From Planctomycetota bacterium (GTDB lineage: Bacteria; Planctomycetota; UBA1135; UBA2386), in contig JBKAGP010000001.1 in the NCBI GenBank assembly GCA_046290465.1, positions 6,272,001 through 6,336,000 on the forward strand: a DNA stretch of 64,000 nucleotides. The letters run 5' to 3'. A model generated the notes under the pieces. It searched no databases and was not told where the DNA came from. It was given only the letters and a program-made list of their open reading frames with translations. Of the stretch, positions 8,306 to 18,627 are shown one piece after another (the first letter of the stretch is position 1; each line of letters opens with the position of its first letter). A program made the translations under genes and the position numbers.

Positions 8306-11296
8306 TCATCGCAGTTGCTGGCGCAGCAACGCGGTCGCCTCGCGGAACGCCGCGAACGGCTCTCCGGCCGCGACCTCGTGCAGCCGCTCGTGGCCGTGCC
8401 ACCCGTCGAGGATCCGTTCGACGTCGCCCTTCCGATAGCGCCCCGCCGCCAACCCGCGCGCGACCGCCGCGACCGCCTCGACCATGCGCTGCGGCAGTTC
8501 GTCGGTTGGAACCGCGCAGGCGTCCAGCAGCATGCCGCCGTGCTCGACCAGGCGCTCGGCGAGCAGCTGCACGTTCGGATCCAGCGCCTCGCCCTGCGGC
8601 TGCCACGACCACGCCGCCGACAGCGCGGTGTCGGCGCGGCCGAGGTAGGCGGCGCACGTGAGCACCGCGAGGTCGGCGGCGTGCACCGCGGCGGGGTCGT
8701 CGTTGAAGCCGCGCCGCGCAGTGGTGCGGATCCGGTAGGCGCGCTCCAGGGTCAGCATCGCCGCCTGCGGCAGCGGCCCGAGTGCGTCGCGCGGCGGCAT
8801 GCCGTCGCGGCGGGCGTCGAGCAGTTCGATGATCGCCAGCGTGCTGACCTGACGCGCGTAGTCGGCCAGCGGCTCGGGGGCGTCGAGTTCGATCGCGCGG
8901 TCGTAGAGGCGGCGCGCGGCGCGCCACTGGCCGAGGTCGAACCGGCACTGCGCGGCGACCAGCAGCGCGTCGGCGACGAGGTCCTGCGGCAAGGCGTCGC
9001 GCACGCTCCGCGCCATCAGCTCTTCGGCTTCGGTGCAGAGCGTGCGCAGCTGGGCGTCGAGCGCGGCGTCCCGCTCGCCCTCGACCAGCTCGTCCATCAG
9101 CCAGCTGACGCGGGCCCGGCGGGTCTGCAGGATGCCGGCCTCGAGGCCGGCGCGACGCACCGCGTCGGGGCCGTGTTCGAGGCCCTTCTCGAACAGCGCG
9201 ATGGCTTCGTCGAGTTCGTCGACGCTGACGGCGTCGTAGACCTTCACGTAGGCGGCCAGCCGCCAGTACTGGGGCAGCCGGCGGGTGCGTTCGGGCGCCG
9301 CCCGCCACCGCTGCCAGAACGCCTGTGGGTCGAGCTCGGACAGCACCTCGAGCTGTGCCGGATAGGCGAACTCGGCGAGCAGGGCATCGTCGGTGCGCCG
9401 CTCGCTCGCCTGTGCGATGTGTTGTCTGGCGGCGTCCGGTTCGCCGAGCATCGCCGCCAGGCGCGCCGCCGACCAGGTCGCGACCGGGCCGCAGACCGGG
9501 TCGTCGACCAGCTGCAGCGTCGACTCGTAGGCCTCGCGCCGACGGCCCTGCGCCTCGAGCGCGACCGAACGTGAGAACTCGTGCAGCGGCGTGCGGTCGG
9601 TGTCGACGCGGCGCAGCTCCGCCTCGATGGCTGCAGTGGACGCCCCGGCCAGCCGCAGCGCGATCGACGCCAGCAGATGGTCGTCGCGCCCGCCGGTCGC
9701 GTCGGTCGCCAGCAGCGCCGTGCGCGCGGCATCGGGGGTGCGTCGCGAGGCGAGCAAGGCGGCGGTGCGCGGCAGCGCCGCCCGCAGTTCGGCCGGCACC
9801 GCGACGGCGGCGGTGCGCCAGCGGAACAGCAGCAGGGCGGCTTCGCAGCGCGGACTGCGGGAGTCGGGATCCCGGGCCGCGCCGACCCGATCGCGCAGCG
9901 CCGCCAGCAGCTCCTGGCCGCAGAACTGCTGCGGCGCGGCGAGGCTCGCCAGCAGCAGCTGCAGGTCGCGTTCGCGCTGCCAGTCGCGGCGCAGCGAGCC
10001 ATGGGCGGCGTCGCTGTCGGGATGCTCGGCGAGGGTGTCGAGGTGGCGCGCGGCGGCGACCAGGTCGTCTCGCGCGAGCGCTCGCTCGACGCGCCCGGTG
10101 GCCTGCGCCAAGGCGCGCTGCGACGCCCCGATGGACGACACCGTCTGCGCGACCAGCGTCACCGCCAGGATCGCGATCAGCGTCAGCAGCGCGGTGGTCA
10201 CCGGGTGCTGCTGCGCCCGGCGCCAGCCGCGCAGCAGCAGGTGCGGCGGCCGCGTCAGGATCGGCTCGCCGGCGCGGAACCGCTGCAGTTCGTCGACCAG
10301 CTCGCGGCAGCTCTGGAAGCGCCGGTTGGGCGCCTTGTCCATCGCCTTGCCGATGATCGTCTCGAGGTCGCGTTCGCGGCCGCGGCGGCCGAGCGGCTTC
10401 GGTTCGTCGTGCAGGATCTGGTGCAGCGCGCGCACCGGGTTGCCCGGATCGAACGGCGGGTGGCCGGCGAGCAGTTCGTAGATGGTCGCGCCGACGCCGT
10501 AGACATCGGCGCGCGGATCGAGGTTGGACGCGCGGCGTCCGGCGACCTCGGGCGGCAGGTAGATCAGCGTGCCCGGCGTCGCGTTGGGTTGGGTCAGCAC
10601 GCTCTGCCGGTCGGCGAACGCCGCCAGGCCGAAGTCGACGACGAACGCGTGGCCGTGTTCGAGCACGATGTTCGCCGGCTTGACGTCGCGGTGCACGACG
10701 CCGACCTCGTGCGCTGCGTGCAGCGCCGAGGCGATCTCGATGCCGATGCGGGCCACCTGCTCCGCCGAGAACGGGCCCTCCTGGCGGTCCAGCGAGCGTC
10801 CGCGCAGCAGCTTCATCGCCAGGTAGACGTGCCCCTCGACCTCGCCGGCGGCGTAGACCGGCACGATGTGGGGGTGGTCGAGCGAGGCCGTGATCGACGC
10901 CTCGCGGGTGAACCGCAGCCGGCTGGTCGTGTTCTGGACCAGGTCGTCGCGCAGCACCTTGAGGGCGACCTCGCGGCCGAGCGGTTCCTGCCGGGCCCGG
11001 AACACGTGGCTCATGCCGCCGATGCCGATCGGCTCGAGCACCACGAAGTCGCCGACGCGCTCGGGGATCGCCGGCAGCGTGCGACGCGTCTTCTCGACGT
11101 CGGCGATGCACGCCTGCAGCAGGCTGCGCTCGCGCGCCAGCATGCGTTCGACCCGCGGGCGCAGCTCCGGCGCCTCGGCGCAGAGGGCGGCGAGGTCCGG
11201 CTCCTCGCCGTCGCAGACGGCGGCGTAGCAGGCCTCGAGGATGCCCTCGAGACGGGGGTCGTCGGGGAGACGGGGGGCGTCGGGCGCGTCGGTCAA
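8306..11296 (-). CDS. Hanks-type Ser/Thr protein kinase with TM segment and TPR-like C-terminus
   Basis: GIGGM, VALK, HRDVKPANI, DFG, GT..YLPPE; hydrophobic segment after the kinase domain. Confidence 0.93.
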   Translation of the reverse strand: MTDAPDAPRLPDDPRLEGILEACYAAVCDGEEPDLAALCAEAPELRPRVERMLARERSLLQACIADVEKTRRTLPAIPERVGDFVVLEPIGIGGMSHVFRARQEPLGREVALKVLRDDLVQNTTSRLRFTREASITASLDHPHIVPVYAAGEVEGHVYLAMKLLRGRSLDRQEGPFSAEQVARIGIEIASALHAAHEVGVVHRDVKPANIVLEHGHAFVVDFGLAAFADRQSVLTQPNATPGTLIYLPPEVAGRRASNLDPRADVYGVGATIYELLAGHPPFDPGNPVRALHQILHDEPKPLGRRGRERDLETIIGKAMDKAPNRRFQSCRELVDELQRFRAGEPILTRPPHLLLRGWRRAQQHPVTTALLTLIAILAVTLVAQTVSSIGASQRALAQATGRVERALARDDLVAAARHLDTLAEHPDSDAAHGSLRRDWQRERDLQLLLASLAAPQQFCGQELLAALRDRVGAARDPDSRSPRCEAALLLFRWRTAAVAVPAELRAALPRTAALLASRRTPDAARTALLATDATGGRDDHLLASIALRLAGASTAAIEAELRRVDTDRTPLHEFSRSVALEAQGRRREAYESTLQLVDDPVCGPVATWSAARLAAMLGEPDAARQHIAQASERRTDDALLAEFAYPAQLEVLSELDPQAFWQRWRAAPERTRRLPQYWRLAAYVKVYDAVSVDELDEAIALFEKGLEHGPDAVRRAGLEAGILQTRRARVSWLMDELVEGERDAALDAQLRTLCTEAEELMARSVRDALPQDLVADALLVAAQCRFDLGQWRAARRLYDRAIELDAPEPLADYARQVSTLAIIELLDARRDGMPPRDALGPLPQAAMLTLERAYRIRTTARRGFNDDPAAVHAADLAVLTCAAYLGRADTALSAAWSWQPQGEALDPNVQLLAERLVEHGGMLLDACAVPTDELPQRMVEAVAAVARGLAAGRYRKGDVERILDGWHGHERLHEVAAGEPFAAFREATALLRQQLR

Positions 11297-11333
11297 GCGA
11301 ACAGGCCTGGTTGGTGGTGGCGTGCGGCTGCCA

Positions 11334-12545
11334 TCACGGAAGACTGGGCGGCGCCGGGTTGGCCGGCACGGTGTACGGGACGATCCAGGCGCCGCCGTTG
11401 CCGCTGGCGCCGACCGGCGCCAGCACGGCTCCCGGTGCGCGTTCGTGCTCGAAGTAGACCTGGGTGCCGGGCGCGCAGTTGAGCGGCACGATGAAGATGC
11501 CCATGTTCGGCGCGAGCAGTTCGCCGGTGGGGCCGAGCGGGTTGGGTGTCTGCTGCACGGTCTGGATGCCGCCGCCGATCAGCGTGAAGTAGGCCGTGAC
11601 GCGGCTCGGCTGCTCGAGGCTGGCGATGTCGGTCGGGAACTGCACGTGCATCTCGCCGCCGAGCGGGCCGAAGTACCAGCGCTGCTGGTCGTCGACCGGG
11701 CTCGGCACGTGGCGCTCCGGGCCCTTGGCGAGCGCCCAGCCGGTGGTCTGCTGGCCGAGGCTGCGGCGACGGATGCGCACGTGGCGGCTGAGGCGGACGT
11801 CGATGTCGCCCTGCGGGTCGGGCTTCTTGATGTGGATCGCCTGCACGTAGATCTCGAAGCCGATCGACGAGTCCATCATGGTGTTGAGGATCGCGATCGA
11901 GTTCTCGTCGAGCGGCGGCGCGCCCGGCACCAGCGGCACGAACTCGTGCGCCGCCTGCAGCACCGACTCGCGGCCGAGGCCGGACGAGTAGAACTGTTCG
12001 ACGCCGTAGGTCGGGTTGGTGCTCCACGAGGAGTGCCACCACGGGTTGCGTTCGTCCGCCGGGCCGAGCGGGCTTGTGACCGTGGTGCCGTCCATCTCGT
12101 GGGTCTGCCAGGTCGTGCCGACCTCGTTGTCGGTGCCGTAGCCGGTCGGGTAGCCGAGACCGGTGAAGTGGTTGACGTAGTTGGCGATCCGGCGCGGCGG
12201 CACCATCGGCGCGAAGCCGGTGTAGGTGATGTTGCTGGCGGCCGCCAGGAACGTGTCGTCGAGCGTCCAGTTGGCCTTGGTCGGCTGCACCATGAACGGC
12301 AGCGCCGTGGTCAGGCCTTCGGCGACGACCGTGCCGCAGACGGTCTCGTCGACGGTGGTGTGCACCATCAGCAGCGTGAACTCGCCGGGCAGCTCGTCGT
12401 AGCGGATCGCGGCGTAGCCGGCCTCCGTCGTCTGCCCCCAGGTCATCGGGCTGTTGTCGAAGTCGGCGATCCGGAGTTCGTCCTGGGCGAGCAGGACGGA
12501 GGTGCCGGTGAGGAGCAGCAGGCCTGTAAGGGCAGGTCGCATCAT
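11334..12545 (-). CDS. Secreted hypothetical protein
   Basis: Signal peptide MRPALTGLLLLTGTSVLLAQ; strong codon bias. Confidence 0.8.
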   Translation of the reverse strand: MMRPALTGLLLLTGTSVLLAQDELRIADFDNSPMTWGQTTEAGYAAIRYDELPGEFTLLMVHTTVDETVCGTVVAEGLTTALPFMVQPTKANWTLDDTFLAAASNITYTGFAPMVPPRRIANYVNHFTGLGYPTGYGTDNEVGTTWQTHEMDGTTVTSPLGPADERNPWWHSSWSTNPTYGVEQFYSSGLGRESVLQAAHEFVPLVPGAPPLDENSIAILNTMMDSSIGFEIYVQAIHIKKPDPQGDIDVRLSRHVRIRRRSLGQQTTGWALAKGPERHVPSPVDDQQRWYFGPLGGEMHVQFPTDIASLEQPSRVTAYFTLIGGGIQTVQQTPNPLGPTGELLAPNMGIFIVPLNCAPGTQVYFEHERAPGAVLAPVGASGNGGAWIVPYTVPANPAPPSLP

Positions 12546-12767
12546 GGTTCTCGGGTCTGGATGGATGCCGGCTCGGGACGAGGCGAGGTCCGCGCCGGTG
12601 CGTTCGGCGTCGAAAGGACGGCCGGGGCGAGCACCGTCACGCCGGAATCGTCAGGATTCGGGGATCGACTTGGCGGCAGGATAGCAGGGCCGGCCCGTCC
12701 GAGGGGGTGGCGACGGCCCGCGGGCGCCGCTGTGGCGGGCGGTACGGTAGGCTTGTCCGCATCGCAA

Positions 12768-13379
12768 ATGGCCGGGAACGATGAACCTACGGACTTCGCA
12801 CGCCTGCTGCAGGCGGCCAAGGACGGCGACGAGGACGCGCTGGCGCGGGTCCTGTCGATGACCGAGGCGCGGCTGCGCCGGGTCGTCGACCGTCGCCTCG
12901 GCGAAAAGCTGCGCGCGTCGCTGCGTCGCTCCGACGTGCTGCAGAACTCCTACCTGGCGATGCTCGACGCGCTGCCGCGCTTCGAGGGCGACTCGCCCGA
13001 CGACTTCGTCGCCTGGGTCGCGCGCATGATCGAGAACGACATCCGTCGCCAGCACCGCTGGTTCCAGGCCAACAAGCGCAAGGCGCCGACCCGCACGTCG
13101 CAGCAGAACCTGCTCGCCGGCATCCTGCTCGAGACGCCGCCGACGCCGAGCGCCGAGGTCAGCCGCAACGAGGAGCGCATCAAGGTGCGCGAGGCGCTGG
13201 CGCGACTCGAGCCCGACCACGCGCAGATCATCGAGCTGTCGGTGTTCGAGGAGCTGCCGCACCGCGAGATCGCCGAGCGCCTGGGCCGCACCGAGGGCGC
13301 CTGCCGGATGTTGCTGCTGCGCGCCCGGACCGCGCTGGCGCTGGAGCTCGAACGGCTGAGCGGCGACTCCGACGGCTGA
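12768..13379 (+). CDS. ECF RNA polymerase sigma factor
   Basis: GDEDAL, SDVLQ, F.AW...I..N and region 4.2 REIAERLGRTEGA. Confidence 0.92.
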   Translation: MAGNDEPTDFARLLQAAKDGDEDALARVLSMTEARLRRVVDRRLGEKLRASLRRSDVLQNSYLAMLDALPRFEGDSPDDFVAWVARMIENDIRRQHRWFQANKRKAPTRTSQQNLLAGILLETPPTPSAEVSRNEERIKVREALARLEPDHAQIIELSVFEELPHREIAERLGRTEGACRMLLLRARTALALELERLSGDSDG

Positions 13380-13498
13380 GGGATTTTTCGCGACCCGGCG
13401 TGACGCCGCCGGCAGCGCCGGTCCTGCTCGTGGGAGGCGAACGCCGCGCACCCCGGGAGGTCCGGTCTGCGAGACGCGCGCTCGTCGCCGGAGAATCC

Positions 13499-16400
13499 AT
13501 GTCGCTCGCAAACACCCCCCGTTCTCTGGGACCGATCTGTCTCGGCCTGATGCTCGCTGCGCCCGTCGCGCTCTGCCAGGCGGACCCGCCGGCCGCGTAC
13601 GACACGCTGACCAACCCCAGCTCGTCCGCCACCAACTTCAACGTCGAGACGGTGCGCGGACTGCTGCTGCGCAACGACGGCCTCTACGCGCTCAACACGC
13701 ACGCCAGCCGCGTCGTCTTCCACGCCGACCTGACGACTCCCGGCTGGGAGCGTGAGTTCCCGACCGTGCACAACCCGGTCGCGATGGCCGAGTGGAACGG
13801 CCGCCTGCTGGTCGTCGGCGGCTCGACCTGGGGCCTCGCCGAGCACGACTTCCAGACCGGTCGCCTGCTGCGCTACGTCGAACTGCCGGCCGAGCCCGCC
13901 GACATCGTCGTCGACGCGGCCAACGACGAGGCCTACGTCGCGTGCCAGGGTGCCAACGTGGTCGCGCGCATCGACCTGGTGCAGTTCACCGAGAACGCCC
14001 GCTACCCGATCCCGTCGCAGCGGCCGCGGTTCCTGTTCTTCGACGAGCAGGCGGTGCCGCCGATGGTCTACGTGGCGCCGTTCCTGTCGGGCAACAACAC
14101 CACGCTCGACGTGCGCGTCGGGCCGCCGGTGTTCCCGATGGCCGACATGAACGCCCAGCGCAGCAAGGTCGTCGATCTCGACACGGTGCCCAACAGCGAC
14201 CTGCCCGACGAGGACCTGTTCCGCATCGACCCGAGCCTGCCGGTCGCGAGCGCGGTGACCCCGGTGCTGCACGGCGCCGGCACGCTGCTGGTCGAGCACG
14301 GCCGCAACCCGGCCACCGGCGACTACTGGATCGTGTCGACCGAGTCGCACAACGCCGCGCACAACAGCGAGGACCTGCACCGCGGCGTGTTCGCCAGCGC
14401 GCAGCTGGCGATCGCGTCGACGCTCGGCGGCCCGGGCCGGCCGACGCCGTCGTCGCTGGTCGACCTCGACGTGCCGGTCGGCGGCGGCCAGAAGGGCGTC
14501 AACACGACCATGTCGTCGCCGTTCGCGATGGCCTTCCACAGCTCGGGTCTGGCGGCGATCGCCAGCTCGACCAGCGACCTGATCACGTTCGTCGACGCGG
14601 CCGGCGTTCGCCTGTTCGACCTGCCGATCACGCAGCAGACGCACCCGACACAGCCGGCGATGCCGCCGCAGATCGGCCGCGCGATCCCGCGTGACCTCGT
14701 CTGGCACGAGCCGTCGAGCACGCTGACGGTCTACTGCTGGGGCTGGAACAAGGCGCTGGTCTACAACCTCGACCAGCTGGCGGTGGCGCCGTTCTGGCTC
14801 GACCTCGGGCCGGATCCGCAGCCGATCGCGGTGCAGCAGGGCCGTTCGATCTTCTACGACGCCAAGCGTCCGGTCGACGTCGACGCGCAGGGCCAGCCGT
14901 TCCCCGGCGCGGTGACCTGCAGCACCTGCCACCCGGCGGGCGGCATGGACCTGCTCGCGTGGGCGCTCAGCGATTCGATGAAGGACATCAAGGACCTGAT
15001 GGTCACGCAGTCGTTGCTGAGCATCTCGGACACGTTTCCGTACCACTGGCGCGGCGAACGCAACCTCGACCACTTCAACGGCGCGTTCGAGGGCCTGCTC
15101 GGCTTCCAGACGCCGCTCGACGAGACCCCCGGCGGGGAGCTCGACCAGTTCGAGGCGTTCGTGTTCTCGCTGCAGGCGCCGGCCAATCCGATCCAGAGCC
15201 CCAAGCGTGAGCTGAGCACGCTCGAAGCGCGGCAGGGCCAGGACGTGTTCCTCAACCAGGACGACGTGCTGTTCGGCTTCACCTGCAACGAGTGCCACCG
15301 GCTGCCGTCGGGCACCAACGGCGAGAACATCGCCGAGGTGTTCGTCAACATCGCCAGCACCGGCATCCTCGACGTCGCGCACCTGCGGCAGATGCAGCAC
15401 AAGGACCAGACGATGGTCAACGTGACCGTGCCGCTCGGCGACGGCTCCGGCTTCGTCACCGTGCCGCGCGCCCGCGGCGGCTTCGGCATCTCGCACAACG
15501 GCACCAACTTCGACATCGAGGACTTCCTGACGCCGGGCATCAACGGCGGCCCGTTCAACATCACGGTGGCCCAGCAGCAGCAGCTGACCGCGTTCATGCG
15601 TGAGATGGACCAGGGCATCGCGCCGGCGGCGCACCGTTCGTACCGCATCGACGCCGGCAACGTCGGCAGCGTCGCGGGCACCGTGCGCACGATCCTGCTC
15701 GACCAGGCGCAGAAGGGCTGGATCTCGGTCGCCGTGATCGGCAGCGAGGACCGCGCCGGCCAGCCGGTCGACCTCGCCTGGGCCTACGACCCGGTCACGC
15801 AGCTGTTCGTCTGCAGCAACCCCGGCGTCGGGTCGCGGACCTGGACGCAGTTCGTCGCCGCGATCACCGGCAACGCCAACTACCTGTTCGTCGGCCTGCC
15901 GCCGCAGAACGCACGCCGGTTCGCGCTCGATCCGGACGACGACGACCTGACCGACGCGCAGGAACTGGCGCAGGTGCCGGCGACCGATCCGCGCGATCGC
16001 GACAGCGACGACGACGGCTTCGACGACGGCTACGAGGTCTCGGTCTCGAGCCCGCCGACGATCGCCAACGTGCCGGTCGACAACACGCCGCCGCAGCTGC
16101 GCGCCGGCACGAACTTCGTGCAGGACCACAGCATGGCGACGTTCGCGAAGTACTTCGCCGAGTTCACCGAGCCGGTGACCTGGACGCTGGAGGCGCTGGA
16201 CATGAACCAGCAACCGCCGACGGTCGTCTCGATCACGCGCAGCACCGCGCTGCAGCGGATCGCGACGGTGCACATGCACGAGCTGATCTCGTCGACGCCG
16301 GCGCCCGGCGATACGCGCAACTATGCACCGCGGCTGACGATCACCGACCAGGCCGGCAACCCGACCACGATCGTCGGCGGCACCTTCGCCGCGGTCGAGC

Positions 16401-16963
16401 AGTTCGTGGTGCCCCCGCGGTTCGTCGTGCAGATCGGCGACCTTTCGCTGCAGAGTCCGATCGCGCGCACCCAGACCTCGATCGCGCTCAACGTCGACGT
16501 CAACGTCAAGTTCAAGGTCGAACTCAACGGCACCATCGACACGCCTGATCGGGTGGTCGTCGCGCACGTGCTGAAGCGACCGCAGGGCACCGACACCTGG
16601 ACCGTCAGCTCGCTGCCCGACGTCACCGGTTCGCAGCTGGTGCCGGGCTTCGACACGCGCTTCCAGGACGGTCAGGGGGTGGTGACGATCAACCCCTACA
16701 CGGCGCTGCCGGGGGACTTCCTGCTGTCGACTCTGACGGACGCCAACGGCAACGCCAGCTTCTCGTTCGCGCACCACAACCTGCAGCCGGGCGACGAGGT
16801 GCGGCTGTCGATCGTGGCCGTGCTCGAGCCGTCGCCGTCGCCGCTGGTCAACACCTTCGAGCTGGTCAGCATCTTCGACTGGGACCTGCCGCGCACGCCG
16901 AGCGGCCCGAGCCCGACGGTGCCGACGGCCAAGGACCTGCGCGGCCTGACGGTGACGTTCTGA
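13499..16963 (+). CDS. Secreted beta-propeller plus di-heme cytochrome c protein with acidic Ca-binding-like repeats
   Basis: Signal peptide; YncE-like N-terminus; CSTCH and CNECH; PYHWRG; DSDDDGFDDGYE repeat. Confidence 0.85.
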   Translation: MSLANTPRSLGPICLGLMLAAPVALCQADPPAAYDTLTNPSSSATNFNVETVRGLLLRNDGLYALNTHASRVVFHADLTTPGWEREFPTVHNPVAMAEWNGRLLVVGGSTWGLAEHDFQTGRLLRYVELPAEPADIVVDAANDEAYVACQGANVVARIDLVQFTENARYPIPSQRPRFLFFDEQAVPPMVYVAPFLSGNNTTLDVRVGPPVFPMADMNAQRSKVVDLDTVPNSDLPDEDLFRIDPSLPVASAVTPVLHGAGTLLVEHGRNPATGDYWIVSTESHNAAHNSEDLHRGVFASAQLAIASTLGGPGRPTPSSLVDLDVPVGGGQKGVNTTMSSPFAMAFHSSGLAAIASSTSDLITFVDAAGVRLFDLPITQQTHPTQPAMPPQIGRAIPRDLVWHEPSSTLTVYCWGWNKALVYNLDQLAVAPFWLDLGPDPQPIAVQQGRSIFYDAKRPVDVDAQGQPFPGAVTCSTCHPAGGMDLLAWALSDSMKDIKDLMVTQSLLSISDTFPYHWRGERNLDHFNGAFEGLLGFQTPLDETPGGELDQFEAFVFSLQAPANPIQSPKRELSTLEARQGQDVFLNQDDVLFGFTCNECHRLPSGTNGENIAEVFVNIASTGILDVAHLRQMQHKDQTMVNVTVPLGDGSGFVTVPRARGGFGISHNGTNFDIEDFLTPGINGGPFNITVAQQQQLTAFMREMDQGIAPAAHRSYRIDAGNVGSVAGTVRTILLDQAQKGWISVAVIGSEDRAGQPVDLAWAYDPVTQLFVCSNPGVGSRTWTQFVAAITGNANYLFVGLPPQNARRFALDPDDDDLTDAQELAQVPATDPRDRDSDDDGFDDGYEVSVSSPPTIANVPVDNTPPQLRAGTNFVQDHSMATFAKYFAEFTEPVTWTLEALDMNQQPPTVVSITRSTALQRIATVHMHELISSTPAPGDTRNYAPRLTITDQAGNPTTIVGGTFAAVEQFVVPPRFVVQIGDLSLQSPIARTQTSIALNVDVNVKFKVELNGTIDTPDRVVVAHVLKRPQGTDTWTVSSLPDVTGSQLVPGFDTRFQDGQGVVTINPYTALPGDFLLSTLTDANGNASFSFAHHNLQPGDEVRLSIVAVLEPSPSPLVNTFELVSIFDWDLPRTPSGPSPTVPTAKDLRGLTVTF

Positions 16964-16969
16964 CGCGGT

Positions 16970-17007
16970 GGGCGCGGCGGCGAGCCGCGCCGGCTCGCGC
17001 CGCGCCC
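16970..17007. terminator. GC-rich hairpin between convergent genes
   Basis: GGGCGCGGCG.CGAGCCG / CGGCTCGCGCCGCGCCC inverted repeat; no U-tract. Confidence 0.5.
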
Positions 17008-17014
17008 GAAGGCG

Positions 17015-17344
17015 CTACGACGCCGTTTCGCTGGCCAGGAAGCGGCGCAGCTCGGTCGTCGCGGACAGCACGCGCTGCAGCCGCCGCGTCTTGCTGTCCC
17101 CCGGTCGCAGCCGCGGCGCGGCGAGGCCCTCGAGGCTCGTCTTGAGGCTCTCGAGATGGCGTTCGAGTTCGCCGCGCCGCGGATGGCACTCGGCTTCGAG
17201 CTGGATGTAGGCGCAGCCCTGCAGGGCGTTGCGCAGGTCGTGTTCGACGGCCGGGCCGCCGGTCAGCACGTCGAACATCCGGCGAGCGAGATCGTCGATG
17301 GCGTCCAGGCAGTGGATGGCCGTGTTGGCGGACCTTGGGTTCAT
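17015..17344 (-). CDS. Hypothetical protein (109 aa), divergent from the XRE gene
   Basis: ORF with host-like codon usage from ATG 17344. Confidence 0.6.
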   Translation of the reverse strand: MNPRSANTAIHCLDAIDDLARRMFDVLTGGPAVEHDLRNALQGCAYIQLEAECHPRRGELERHLESLKTSLEGLAAPRLRPGDSKTRRLQRVLSATTELRRFLASETAS

Positions 17345-17483
17345 GTCGCTGCGTGAGCGGGTTGGCGAGTTTTCAGGATGAGGGGTCGCGACAAGGGGAC
17401 TCTCCTTCGTCCGCCTTTTCCGTCCGATCGACGTAGACCCCACTGTGCTCGTGCCGTGTCACGAAAACCAATCGGGATCCGCG

Positions 17484-17556
17484 GCGACCGGACAGATCTG
17501 TCCGGTCGCGGCCCCTGCCCAAGAAGCGTGCATCACCGGACACATCTGTCGGGTCG
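17484..17556. promoter_or_regulatory. Paired palindromic operator candidates
   Basis: Perfect 26-bp palindrome GCGACCGGACAGATCTGTCCGGTCGC at 17484-17509; 20/22 copy at 17535-17556. Confidence 0.7.
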
Positions 17557-17594
17557 GTCGGTTATTCCTCAAGGGCGTTCGCCACCTCTCGCCT

Positions 17595-18083
17595 ATGACG
17601 GACCCTCACGTGATGCCGGCTGTTCCCGATGCGTTCGACCCCGAGTCGATAGGACGGCGGCTTCGCGAAGCGAGAGAGGCAGCAGGTATGTCCCAGGAGA
17701 TCGTCGCAGAGCAACTCGGCTTTCCGGCCCGTTCCCTGTCCCGTTGGGAGAAGGGCGAGGTCGAACTCGGCGCCGGCAAGCTCGCGACGCTGGCCGATCT
17801 CTACGGCGTCTCGCTCGATTGGATCGCCGGCCGGACGTCGCTGCGGCACTGCCTGCAGCCCGGTGCGGTGCTGTTCGACCCGGAGTGCCTCGACGAGCTC
17901 GAGGCGTTGGCGGAGGCCGGCGCCAGCATCTACGACGTGCCGCGGCGGCTGATCCGCGCGCCCGGCGTCAACTGCGCTGCGGTCGTGCCGGACAACGCCG
18001 AGGTGATCTCGCGCGAGGCCGCCGACCGCGTCGAGGCGCGCATGCGCGACATCTGGAAGAAGCTGAAAGGAAGGGCCCGATGA
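17595..18083 (+). CDS. XRE-family HTH transcriptional regulator
   Basis: IGRRLREAREAAGMSQ..VAEQLG...SLSRWEKG...LADLYGVSLDWI. Confidence 0.92.
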   Translation: MTDPHVMPAVPDAFDPESIGRRLREAREAAGMSQEIVAEQLGFPARSLSRWEKGEVELGAGKLATLADLYGVSLDWIAGRTSLRHCLQPGAVLFDPECLDELEALAEAGASIYDVPRRLIRAPGVNCAAVVPDNAEVISREAADRVEARMRDIWKKLKGRAR

Positions 18084-18592
18084 ACGACAGCAAGCTTGGA
18101 GAGATTCGGCAGCTCGGGGAGATCCCGGTCGAGGACTACCTGAGGATCACCGGCGGCAGGGACGCGGATTCCGGCGGGCGACGCTCGGGTGCGCGCTCCA
18201 GAACGCGGCGGGTCGCGTTGGTGGCGGTGGGGCTGTTGTCATGCCTGCTGTGCACCGCGGCGGGGGACTACTTCAACCCGTTCTACGGCGACCCGTCGGA
18301 CATGACGCTCGAGCAGGCCGCGGACGTCCTGCAGCAGAACCCCGAGAAGAAGTACGAGGCGGACGTCAGCATGTTCGTGGCGGCGCGGCGCGCGTACGAG
18401 GTTCTGGCGCTGCTCAAGGGCGTGGCCGAGACCAGCCCGCGGGACGCCTCCAACGCCAGCCTCTACATGGCCGGCATCGGGGAGCTGGCCGTCGAGTACC
18501 TGATCGACCTGCGCGACCAGGGGGTGCTGCCCGAGGTGCAACGTAGGAGCCTCGAGGGGATCCGATCTGAGACAACCAAGGACGATGACTAA
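18080..18592 (+). CDS. Single-pass membrane hypothetical protein
   Basis: ATGA overlap with XRE; Arg-rich stretch then hydrophobic VALVAVGLLSCLLC. Confidence 0.75.
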   Translation: MNDSKLGEIRQLGEIPVEDYLRITGGRDADSGGRRSGARSRTRRVALVAVGLLSCLLCTAAGDYFNPFYGDPSDMTLEQAADVLQQNPEKKYEADVSMFVAARRAYEVLALLKGVAETSPRDASNASLYMAGIGELAVEYLIDLRDQGVLPEVQRRSLEGIRSETTKDDD

Positions 18593-18627
18593 GGGGCTGC
18601 CCTGCCCGTGCCGAAAGCGCGGGTGGA

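Noticed and set aside
13499..16963. Hydrazine synthase / anammox call
   Set aside because: Only architectural similarity; no hzsA-like or multiheme HAO-like genes nearby
16967..16980. GGTGGGCGCGGCGG as a degenerate att copy of the ssrA 3' end (GGTGGAGGCGGCGG)
   Set aside because: Only 12/14 in very GC-rich DNA, and already explained as a hairpin arm
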